This document shows positions 1-7,538 of a DNA stretch of 21,568 nucleotides, piece after piece. Made by a program: the position numbers and the translations under genes. The notes beneath the pieces are model-generated. The model was not told the DNA's origin and made no database searches. It saw only the letters and a list, made by a program, of their open reading frames with translations. Source of the stretch: a virus; the IMG/VR virus record IMGVR_UViG_3300025545_000026. One strand, written 5' to 3'. The first letter of the stretch is position 1; each line of letters opens with the position of its first letter.

Positions 1-459
1 GATTTCAATAGGGCGCTTGTTGTTGGTGAACCGACATTAGAAAAATTTGGTGCTCCAGGAGTTGCAATATCAATTCAACATAAAGATAATTCTAACTATG
101 GCGCTGTCGATCAAAACTTGTATTCAGGAGAAAGTTATACTATTACTTTGTTAGACTCATCTATTGCTTTATTAGCTCCAGATTATCAAACTGTGAAAGA
201 AGGTGTTATGGTTGAAAAATCAAATAATACATCATTAGATTCATTGTGGCTACCATTTGTGAATAATGTTCAGCATATATCTCAAACTATTTCTGGAACA
301 GTAATAGGTAGTGGTGGTAATTTGAGAAAATCAGGGTTGGCAGCACCAATAATGATTTATCCAAAACGAATTTCACAACAAACTAAAACTTCAATAGTAA
401 TTACAGGTGAAAGTTCTGGGGCAGTAATAGAGTTTGATGTTACTGTTCGTAAATCATAA
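1..459 (+). CDS. Virion structural protein, 5'-truncated; probable paralog of 483..1178
   Basis: Frame 1 is open from base 1 (DFNRALVVGEPTLEKFGAPG...), so the track's TTG at 118 is probably internal. The C-terminus TSIVITGESSGAVIEFDVTV matches TSIIITGQMSGAIYVLPIEV of the next gene, and GESYTITLLD resembles NEKYSFLVLN. Confidence 0.75.
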   Translation, partial: DFNRALVVGEPTLEKFGAPGVAISIQHKDNSNYGAVDQNLYSGESYTITLLDSSIALLAPDYQTVKEGVMVEKSNNTSLDSLWLPFVNNVQHISQTISGTVIGSGGNLRKSGLAAPIMIYPKRISQQTKTSIVITGESSGAVIEFDVTVRKS

Positions 460-482
460 AATAATAACACGAAGGAAAATAA

Positions 483-1178
483 ATGGGATTTATAAATAAT
501 ACTTCGTACATACTAAATGCGGTATTAACTAAAAAAGGTAGAGAATATCTATCAAAAAGTGATGGTAAGTTTAATATATCAAAGTTTGCATTAGCAGACG
601 ATGAAATAGATTATACATTATGGGATACAGCACACCCAAGGGGGACAGATTATTACGGTGCGGTATTGGAAAGTACTCCAATGATAGAACCAGTTGTTGA
701 TCCAGAAGTGGTAATGAAATATAAGTTAATTACACTTCCAATAGGAACAACAGCTTTACCATATATTAGTAACATAACTCCTCCAACTGGTTTAACAGGT
801 GTGAATGCATTAAATACAGAATATAATGGAAATACAATTCCGAAATGGTCAATGAGTGACCACGTTTTAAATCCAAGTACGGTAGGAGCAGATGGAGCAT
901 TTTCCAATGAAAAATATAGTTTTTTAGTATTGAATAAAAATGTAATTGATATTGGAACAGGACAAGGTGAAAATGTAAATTATGATATTGGAGCGGTTTA
1001 TAATGAAGAAAGTGGTAGATTGAGTAAAAAGGTAGTTTCAAGAGTATCAACAATAAAATCTCAAATGCTTACATCTAATAGAGAAACTTCAATAATTATA
1101 ACAGGACAAATGTCAGGGGCAATTTATGTTCTTCCAATAGAAGTAAAATATGTGGATAATACTTCAGGTGGTGTATAA
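483..1178 (+). CDS. Virion structural (baseplate/tail-collar-like) protein, array A, 231 aa
   Basis: SD GAAGGA upstream. N-terminal motif NAVLTKKGREYL...ISKFALADDEIDY is shared with 1178..1480 and 1744..2280. The structural role is inferred from context and resemblance to tail-collar N-termini. Confidence 0.7.
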   Translation: MGFINNTSYILNAVLTKKGREYLSKSDGKFNISKFALADDEIDYTLWDTAHPRGTDYYGAVLESTPMIEPVVDPEVVMKYKLITLPIGTTALPYISNITPPTGLTGVNALNTEYNGNTIPKWSMSDHVLNPSTVGADGAFSNEKYSFLVLNKNVIDIGTGQGENVNYDIGAVYNEESGRLSKKVVSRVSTIKSQMLTSNRETSIIITGQMSGAIYVLPIEVKYVDNTSGGV

Positions 1179-1480
1179 TGGGATTTATAAATAAAACAAC
1201 TTTAGTTTTAGATGCAGTATTGACTAAACGTGGAATTGATTATCTACGGTCTGCTGTTTTTGGTGAAAATCAAAATAGAGAACACATTATTACTAAATTT
1301 GCATTAGGTGATGATGAAGTGGATTATGGTTTATGGGATGTTACCCCAAGTGGTTCTAATTTTGTAAAACCATATGGTCAAGTAATAGACAATCAACCAG
1401 TATTCGAACCTATAATTACAAATACTGAAATTATGAATTCTTTTATTTTTAAAAATAGAATTGAAGAGAGTAATAAATAA
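1178..1480 (+). CDS. Array A paralog, N-terminal domain only, 100 aa
   Basis: TAATG overlap with the previous stop. Motif DAVLTKRG...ITKFALGDDEVDYGLWD...YGQVIDNQPVFEP. Confidence 0.75.
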   Translation: MGFINKTTLVLDAVLTKRGIDYLRSAVFGENQNREHIITKFALGDDEVDYGLWDVTPSGSNFVKPYGQVIDNQPVFEPIITNTEIMNSFIFKNRIEESNK

Positions 1481-1734
1481 TGTTAAGTGCAAAACAAGTT
1501 GGTAAAGATGGTATTGGAAAAGAAAAAACTTTGTTTAGTAGTGGAGTTAGATTAAAAGGAAAGGAAATTTCAACTACAAAGTTTACAACACTAAAAGTAA
1601 CAGGAATGAATACTGGAGCAACTCGGACATTAGATGTAATGGTTAAACCTGGTGGTGGAGTATATTTTACTCCACCAGCAGAAGAATATACTCCACAATT
1701 ACCAACTGCAAATTTTTCATTCAATATAATATAG
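1480..1734 (+). CDS. Small protein matching the C-terminal domain of array A proteins, 84 aa
   Basis: TAATG coupling. TTLKVTGMNTGATRTLDVMVK aligns with the C-terminal motif of 1..459 and 483..1178. Confidence 0.6.
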   Translation: MLSAKQVGKDGIGKEKTLFSSGVRLKGKEISTTKFTTLKVTGMNTGATRTLDVMVKPGGGVYFTPPAEEYTPQLPTANFSFNII

Positions 1735-1743
1735 GAAATAATA

Positions 1744-2280
1744 GTGGGATATTTAGATAAAACATCTCTAACAGTAACTGCAAATTTTACAAAACGTGGA
1801 AGAGAAGTTTTGGCCGATTGTATTTCTGGTGATGGGGAAGTAGATTTATCATATATCATTACTAAATTTGCATTAGGAGATGATGAAATAGATTATGGAT
1901 TATGGGATGAAACTCAATCTTCAAATTTAAAGGGAAGAATAATAGATAATATGCCCATGGTAGAATCATTTATAAATCAAAAAGAAATTATGAATTCGTT
2001 TATAGTAGATCCACCACCTACTGGATATGGACCAACATTGTCAAATTTACAAGACCAAATAGAATTAACTGGAGTCGGTGATATAATAGATATTTTACCG
2101 ACAACGGATAATTATGATGATACAGAAGTATATGAGTTTTTCTTAGAACATGATAACTTATTTGAAATGTACGTTCCTTGGAACGCACCAACATCAGATT
2201 TTAGTTGGTCAGTAAATTCGGATGGAAGTGATATAAATTTACCACCTATTTCAGGATTTACTTGGTCAATAGGATTTTAA
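1744..2280 (+). CDS. Array A paralog, 178 aa
   Basis: GTG start with AGGA SD. Motif ANFTKRGREVLA...ITKFALGDDEIDYGLWD. Ends in two PxSxFxWS segments. Confidence 0.75.
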   Translation: MGYLDKTSLTVTANFTKRGREVLADCISGDGEVDLSYIITKFALGDDEIDYGLWDETQSSNLKGRIIDNMPMVESFINQKEIMNSFIVDPPPTGYGPTLSNLQDQIELTGVGDIIDILPTTDNYDDTEVYEFFLEHDNLFEMYVPWNAPTSDFSWSVNSDGSDINLPPISGFTWSIGF

Positions 2281-2296
2281 CCAGAGGAGAATAAAA

Positions 2297-2647
2297 ATGT
2301 CAGTACAGTCAATACAACAGGGAACAGCACCGTTAACAATAAATTTTAATGATACTTCCATCGGTGATGGGTTAACATATTTTTGGGATTTTGGAGATGG
2401 TAATTCATCCACGGATAAAAATCCTACTCATACTTTTATAAACGGTGGAGTATATTCTGTTTCATTAGCTGTAAGTAATGATAATGGAAGTGATATTAAA
2501 TCGGTTCCAATAGTAGTTGCATCTGGTGGAAACACAGGTGGAGTTGGTGGAAACACAGGTGGAATTGGTGGAAACACAGGTGGAGTTGGTGGAAACAAAG
2601 GTGGAGTTGGTGGAAACACAGGTGGAGTTGGTGGAAACAAAGGTTGA
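2297..2647 (+). CDS. PKD (Ig-like) domain protein with Gly-rich (GGNTGGV)n tail
   Basis: SD GAGGAG. GTAPLTINFNDTS...TYFWDFGDG...KNPTHTF...GVYSVSLAVSN matches the PKD signature WDFGDG. Confidence 0.85.
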   Translation: MSVQSIQQGTAPLTINFNDTSIGDGLTYFWDFGDGNSSTDKNPTHTFINGGVYSVSLAVSNDNGSDIKSVPIVVASGGNTGGVGGNTGGIGGNTGGVGGNKGGVGGNTGGVGGNKG

Positions 2648-2655
2648 GTTGGTGA
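2525..2655 (+). repeat. Tandem repeat, 21-bp unit GGTGGAAACACAGGTGGAGTT, 6 copies plus a partial
   Basis: Units start at 2525, 2546, 2567, 2588, 2609 and 2630, with 0-2 substitutions each. No spacers. Confidence 0.95.
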
Positions 2656-2692
2656 TTCTAGTGGATTTAAACTTAAATAATTTAATAACAAT

Positions 2693-2700
2693 ATATTTAT
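2693..2700 (+). promoter_or_regulatory. Recurrent intergenic motif ATATTTAT, candidate promoter
   Basis: 22 nt upstream of the 2723 start. The same octamer precedes three other gene starts. Confidence 0.45.
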
Positions 2701-2722
2701 AGATATATTAAGGAGATAAACA

Positions 2723-3766
2723 ATGAGTGAAGTAAGTAACTTCTTTACTATTTTAGAAAATAGTGATAAAAGAACAAACATACCAAGTACTATTTCATCA
2801 CCAGTATGGTCTGGTGGTGCTGCTACTCTAACATCATTTTATACCGGATCAACTCAAAGTGGTAGTAGTGGTGATTATTATTATGATGTATATGATAAAG
2901 CTGGAAGTGATTCTACACGACAGGTACAATTTGCTGTGTCTTATGGACACATCGAAGGAAGTGGATCATTATCTACATCTGCCGGTAACAATCCAACAAA
3001 GGCAATTTATCGTCAAGTTAGAAACATTTGTATTAAAAATGCGTCAAGTGAAACACGATTCAATTTTAATGCTGATGGTGATGGTACATCTTATGAAGCA
3101 GCTGATGTATTTGCGATTGGTGTAAACAGAGCAAGATATAGAGAAAAAATAGATCCAGGTAACTGGGAACTACATTTGACTAAAGGTGGAAATACTTTAA
3201 AATTAATTGACGATAGTGGTGCAACTTCTGATTCAACAGTTAACGCATCTCAACGAGTATTCAACATAGTTAGTGGTTCAATAAGTGGTGGTACTGCAAC
3301 AATAAAAACGACAGCAGTTGCCCAATCAGCAACTAATGGTTCATTTGGATATTTTTATCCAGAACTCGGTATTATTGTATTGAATGCATACGCGTTAAAT
3401 CAAGATTCACTCGCAATTACACTGACAAGATCAACTGCCACAAACGATAATACTGCATACGAATTAGTATCATCTATTAGTACAGGAGCAAGATTCCAAG
3501 CACGTAGAGAAGAAGAAATTAAATCTTCTCATTACTTTTGTAGAGTTAGATCTGATGAATATAACTGGAGTCAAAATCCAACATATTACACAGGGTCAAA
3601 TGCAGAATTGAGAAATCCTACATTTATTCAAGATCCAAAATCTTATATCACTACGGTTGGTCTTTACAATGATAACAATGAACTTTTAGCAGTAGCTAAA
3701 TTAAGTCAACCATTACTAAAATCAAGAGATAGAGAAGCTGTAATAAAAGTTAGATTGGACTTTTAA
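2723..3766 (+). CDS. Virion structural (baseplate-like) protein, array B, 347 aa
   Basis: SD AAGGAG. C-terminal YITTVGLYNDNNELLAVAKLSQP...IKVRLDF. Full-length paralog of 3778..4803. Confidence 0.75.
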   Translation: MSEVSNFFTILENSDKRTNIPSTISSPVWSGGAATLTSFYTGSTQSGSSGDYYYDVYDKAGSDSTRQVQFAVSYGHIEGSGSLSTSAGNNPTKAIYRQVRNICIKNASSETRFNFNADGDGTSYEAADVFAIGVNRARYREKIDPGNWELHLTKGGNTLKLIDDSGATSDSTVNASQRVFNIVSGSISGGTATIKTTAVAQSATNGSFGYFYPELGIIVLNAYALNQDSLAITLTRSTATNDNTAYELVSSISTGARFQARREEEIKSSHYFCRVRSDEYNWSQNPTYYTGSNAELRNPTFIQDPKSYITTVGLYNDNNELLAVAKLSQPLLKSRDREAVIKVRLDF

Positions 3767-3777
3767 GGAGAACTTAA

Positions 3778-4803
3778 ATGTCATTTAAAGTTTTTGATTC
3801 TAAAGATAAATTGGAAAATATGATCAGTACGGTTGCTGAACCAATGTGGTCAAGTGCAGTAGGAACATTAACCACGTTTTTTACTGGATCAGTACAATCA
3901 TCCAATACTGGAAAATACTATTATGACGTACATTCGTCAGATGATCAAACAACGGATGTTCAGTTTGCTGTATCGTATGGTCATAGATTAGGTTCCGGTT
4001 CAGAAGGTGGAACTGCTACTGGAGAAACAAATCCTACTAAAGCAATATACTCTCAATTTAGACAAGTTTTACTTCCAGCAGAAACAACTAAATTTAATTT
4101 TCATGGGGATTCTGGTACAAATTATTATAGTGATGATGTTCTAACTGTAGTAGCAAATCGTGCACGATATAGAGAAAAGATGGATCCAGGTAATTGGGAA
4201 TTACATTTAACAAGTGGTAGTAATACTATTAAACTCATCGATGACAGTGGAGCTTCTTCAAACTCGAATGTAGGAGATGCTCAAAGAGAATTTTGGGTAG
4301 TATCTGGTTCAATTGCAAACGGAGTTCATACAACTGCAACTTCAACAGCAACATCCACAACTTCAGGTTCATATGGATTATTTTATCCTGAAACGGGTAT
4401 AATTTTATTAAATCCAAGTTCTTTATCTTCTGGACTTAGTGATAGAGTTATGCATACAATGGGAAGTAGTGCTTCTACAAATGACTTAAATCATAGAAAG
4501 CTATTCACTTCTATAAAAAGTGGATCATATTTTGCATCACGACGAGAAGAACGTAAACGAAGTTCATTTTACTTCTGTAGAGTACAAAATACTGAATTTA
4601 ATCACAGTCAAAATCCGTCATATTTCACAGGATCTAATGCTACCCTCGTAAATAATTCATTCATTACCGAACCAACTTCATATATTACAACTGTTGGTTT
4701 ATATAATGATAAGAATGAACTTCTTGCAGTTGCTAAATTATCTCAGCCTTTCAAAAAAGACCAAAATACCGAAGCACTTATCAAAGTACGACTTGATTTT
4801 TAA
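3778..4803 (+). CDS. Virion structural protein, array B, 341 aa
   Basis: SD AAGGAG. Shares NRARYREKxDPGNWELHLT, IKLIDDSG and the C-terminal motif with 2723..3766. Confidence 0.75.
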   Translation: MSFKVFDSKDKLENMISTVAEPMWSSAVGTLTTFFTGSVQSSNTGKYYYDVHSSDDQTTDVQFAVSYGHRLGSGSEGGTATGETNPTKAIYSQFRQVLLPAETTKFNFHGDSGTNYYSDDVLTVVANRARYREKMDPGNWELHLTSGSNTIKLIDDSGASSNSNVGDAQREFWVVSGSIANGVHTTATSTATSTTSGSYGLFYPETGIILLNPSSLSSGLSDRVMHTMGSSASTNDLNHRKLFTSIKSGSYFASRREERKRSSFYFCRVQNTEFNHSQNPSYFTGSNATLVNNSFITEPTSYITTVGLYNDKNELLAVAKLSQPFKKDQNTEALIKVRLDF

Positions 4804-4814
4804 GGGAGATCCCA

Positions 4815-5948
4815 ATGTTTAAGGATATATCTCCAGACGATAGATCAATAAAAGAATTCAAAACTTATAAAAAATTCACCTTCACGCAAACAGATAGTGG
4901 AAGTGGTGTTTATGGAATAGAAGGTGTGAGTGGTAGTTTTCACAATTTCCTAACGGGATCAGCTGCATCTCAAAGTTATGGTGTATTTAATCAAGATTCT
5001 CAAAGTGTAGGTAAAGATTGGAAAACTTGGTATAGTGATGGAACTTTTTTTAAGATTCCATTATATTATTCATTAAATCATCTATATTATCAATACGATA
5101 AAACTTCAAATCCAAAATCAAATACTACAAGATTCCCAATTTATACTGTCACTGATTGGAGTAGAAAATGGCCACATGGCAGAGAAAGTTGGGGTTCAAT
5201 AAATCCACGACAACTTCATAATAAATTTAATGTTATAACAATTCCACAAGAATACTATGGCGAAGAAATAAAACCACACTCCGTAAAGATATTAGATGAT
5301 AGTGGAGACACCACTTTAGATTTAAGAGATGATGGAAACGGACAACTCTACGATTACCAGTATTCAGCAAGTTTTGCCGCTGGAACTCCTGGTGGAAGTC
5401 CTTTAACTGGAAGTTGCGTGGGAAATGTATTTTACGAACATGGACTTATCACAATTACAGATACAGGTTCTCTATATATTTCTGCAAGTATTGGTAGTGG
5501 TTCATCACCGTCTGGACAATATGATGGAACTGATGGATTTACTGTTACATTTCAAGCAACAAAAACTTCATATGAATATGAATATGTTTGTCATGTTCCA
5601 GAATTTGAATTTACTGGTACTACAAATCCAAGTGCAGTTAATGGACGAAGTGGAAGTATTTATGTCCCACAGGGTGCAAAATATATTTACGATGGAAACC
5701 TTCAAAATCCACAATATGAAAATACTATTGATTTAGTAATGCCACCAGCAAGTAGTTCATATAATTTATCATACGATTCTGGAACACATTATCAGAATTT
5801 CACAACCCATTCAGAATTTGGGACTTATATTACTAATATAGGTCTTTATAATGATGCAAATGAATTAATGGTTATAGCAAAATTATCAAATCCAATTAAA
5901 AACGATAAAGAATTGCCACTTTCATTTTTAATTAGATTTGATTCTTAA
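4815..5948 (+). CDS. Virion structural protein, divergent array B paralog, 377 aa
   Basis: SD GGGAG. EEIKPHSVKILDDSG...DDGNGQLYD core and C-terminal YITNIGLYNDANELMVIAKLSNPIK...IRFDS. Confidence 0.7.
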   Translation: MFKDISPDDRSIKEFKTYKKFTFTQTDSGSGVYGIEGVSGSFHNFLTGSAASQSYGVFNQDSQSVGKDWKTWYSDGTFFKIPLYYSLNHLYYQYDKTSNPKSNTTRFPIYTVTDWSRKWPHGRESWGSINPRQLHNKFNVITIPQEYYGEEIKPHSVKILDDSGDTTLDLRDDGNGQLYDYQYSASFAAGTPGGSPLTGSCVGNVFYEHGLITITDTGSLYISASIGSGSSPSGQYDGTDGFTVTFQATKTSYEYEYVCHVPEFEFTGTTNPSAVNGRSGSIYVPQGAKYIYDGNLQNPQYENTIDLVMPPASSSYNLSYDSGTHYQNFTTHSEFGTYITNIGLYNDANELMVIAKLSNPIKNDKELPLSFLIRFDS

Positions 5949-5984
5949 AGTATATTATAATTTATGATCCATGGGAGAAATACA

Positions 5985-6203
5985 GTGTATAATGACGATA
6001 GTGGAAAATTAGGAAAATTGTTATTGAATACTAATACTATTACAAAACGACAATTATCAAAGGCAATTCAAAATCAAATGAGGGGGGACGATAGAAAACT
6101 TGGTAAAATACTTGTTGAATTAAATTATTGTAATTATGATGATATAATAGACGTTTTATTAGATTTAAATCGTAAATTAATTAATTTGGATGATACGATT
6201 TAG
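5985..6203 (+). CDS. Stand-alone MshEN (T2SSE_N)-like protein, about 72 aa; candidate c-di-GMP-binding protein
   Basis: KLGKLLLNTNTITKRQLSKAIQNQ fits the 24-residue MshEN register, followed by a second KLGKILVELNY copy. The in-frame GTG at 5985 has a GGGAG SD 7 nt upstream and is preferred over the track's ATG at 5964. Confidence 0.7.
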   Translation: MYNDDSGKLGKLLLNTNTITKRQLSKAIQNQMRGDDRKLGKILVELNYCNYDDIIDVLLDLNRKLINLDDTI

Positions 6204-6213
6204 TGTATATATT

Positions 6214-6221
6214 ATATTTAT
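6214..6221 (+). promoter_or_regulatory. Recurrent intergenic motif ATATTTAT, candidate promoter
   Basis: 33 nt upstream of the 6255 start. Confidence 0.45.
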
Positions 6222-6254
6222 ATAAGGGAAATATAATATATTTGGAGAATGTAA

Positions 6255-6623
6255 GTGGATCAAGAAATAAAACTGTTAGTAGAAGATGTGTTAGGACATT
6301 ATGGGTGGATGGTGCTAATGATAGTAGCGGGATTTTTATTTAAAGAATCTATAACAAACGCTTTAGAGGCTATAATGATTTTTATTGGTAATGATTTTAA
6401 TAATGATGATGTGATTTATATTAGTGGTAGAGAGGCTCGTATAGTTAGAGTAGGAATAAGTAAAACTGTTTTTTATATGACTGACAGGGGAACTAAAATG
6501 ATTGTACCAAATGAAAAATTAAAAAATTTAACATTAGAAAAAATATTACCACACCGTATAGGACATAATTTATCAAAGGATGCGACACCAGCAGATACAT
6601 TAAGAAAAAAAACGAATGATTAA
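6255..6623 (+). CDS. Mini MscS-like membrane protein (TM segment plus beta-domain), 122 aa
   Basis: SD GGAG and GTG start. Hydrophobic GWMVLMIVAGFLF, then FNNDDVIYISGREARIVRVGISKTVF...MIVPNEKL, which follows the MscS pattern F..GD.I.i.g..G.V..Ig...T......vPN..L. Confidence 0.65.
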   Translation: MDQEIKLLVEDVLGHYGWMVLMIVAGFLFKESITNALEAIMIFIGNDFNNDDVIYISGREARIVRVGISKTVFYMTDRGTKMIVPNEKLKNLTLEKILPHRIGHNLSKDATPADTLRKKTND

Positions 6624-6999
6624 ATTAAAACATCTATTATTAGAACGAGTTGATTATATAGAATTTGCGGAACAGCTCGTAAAACAATATAAGTTAAAAT
6701 CAAAAGTAAAAATCACCAATGGTCCAGATAAAGCTGACTACGATGTGGATAGAGACACTATCAATATAAGATCATCTTATTCATCCGTTAAAGATTTTTA
6801 TATTACAGTTTTACATGAAATCGACCATGCTAAAGATGCCAAAAAGATGGGTAAGTCTAAATATAAAAAGGATTATGAAATGGAAACTGCTTATGCTATA
6901 GAAAAAGGTGGTCATCACCATGACGATAATAGATATGAAGAAAAGGCGGAGAATTGGGCACAGAAAGAATTTATTAGGGTGTGGAAAAATAAAATATAA
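6616..6999 (+). CDS. Zincin-type HExxH metallopeptidase-like protein, 127 aa
   Basis: TVLHEIDHAK at 6814-6828 and a downstream YEEKAE candidate third ligand. Overlaps the previous gene by 8 nt. Confidence 0.7.
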   Translation: MIKLKHLLLERVDYIEFAEQLVKQYKLKSKVKITNGPDKADYDVDRDTINIRSSYSSVKDFYITVLHEIDHAKDAKKMGKSKYKKDYEMETAYAIEKGGHHHDDNRYEEKAENWAQKEFIRVWKNKI

Positions 7000-7045
7000 T
7001 TGATTTTGAGGTTTTAGTTTAATAGTTATTAAAAAAGGTTACAGT

Positions 7046-7414
7046 ATGACTAAAAAACGAAAAATATCAGTCCAGAGTGGTAAAGCTAAAGGTCGTAAAT
7101 TACAGCAAACAGTTAGGGATTTACTATTAGAAGCATTCAAAGATGAATTAGAGCCCGATGATATTAGATCAACTTCAATGGGAGCTGGTGGTGAGGATCT
7201 TCAAGTCTCCCCATTATGTCGTAAATTAATCCCATACTCATGGGAAATGAAAAATCAGCAGTCCATTTCAATATGGAGTTCATTAGAACAAGCAGAAGCA
7301 AATTGTCCTGATAATGTAGACCCTGTTCTGGTATTCAAAAGAAATAGAAGTAAAACATACGCAGTTATAGAATTGGATAAATTTATAAAGTTAATACATG
7401 ACAAATCAAAATAA
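7046..7414 (+). CDS. Holliday junction resolvase-like PD-(D/E)XK nuclease (Hjc / T5 D14-like)
   Basis: SGKAKGRKLQQ...SMGAGGED...WEMKNQ...PVLVFKRNR matches the phage D14/Hjc-like pattern, and it lies beside the primase and Mre11-Rad50 genes. Confidence 0.8.
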   Translation: MTKKRKISVQSGKAKGRKLQQTVRDLLLEAFKDELEPDDIRSTSMGAGGEDLQVSPLCRKLIPYSWEMKNQQSISIWSSLEQAEANCPDNVDPVLVFKRNRSKTYAVIELDKFIKLIHDKSK

Positions 7415-7538
7415 AATAGTTTATTTATTAGACAGAGTTATAGGTTCAAAGGGTAGGAAGTTAAAGAAACAAAATGAGTATATGTATTGGTCCCCATTCA
7501 TATCACACCATAAGCCCAAACTTAAATATAGTAATTGA
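7398..7538 (+). pseudogene. N-terminal remnant (46 aa) of a second primase gene
   Basis: Not in the ORF track. MTNQNKIVYLLDRVIGSKGRKLKKQNEYMYWSPFISHHKPKL aligns with the intact primase start MSSLLDKLYYLVERLIGKYQKLKSGELQFYCPKCNHYKKKL. It terminates 4 codons later (KYSN, TGA). Confidence 0.75.

Noticed and set aside
1440-1490. Programmed frameshift fusing 1178..1480 with 1480..1734
   Set aside because: There is no correctly phased slippery heptamer, and the downstream frame has a TAA at 1474 just before its ATG.
2645-2647. TGA reassigned to Gly or Trp (alternative genetic code)
   Set aside because: Only one suggestive case. All other genes, including a frame of more than 3100 codons, read through in the standard code, with TGG for Trp and GGN for Gly.
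2525-2655. CRISPR array
   Set aside because: The units are contiguous with no unique spacers, and the repeat is an in-frame multiple of 3 in a coding tail.
2428-2781. Track ORFs 2428..2781 (-) and 2517..2702 (+) with PPVFPPT and VETQVEL repeats
   Set aside because: These are alternative readings of the same 21-bp repeat and have no SD. The PKD frame explains the region.
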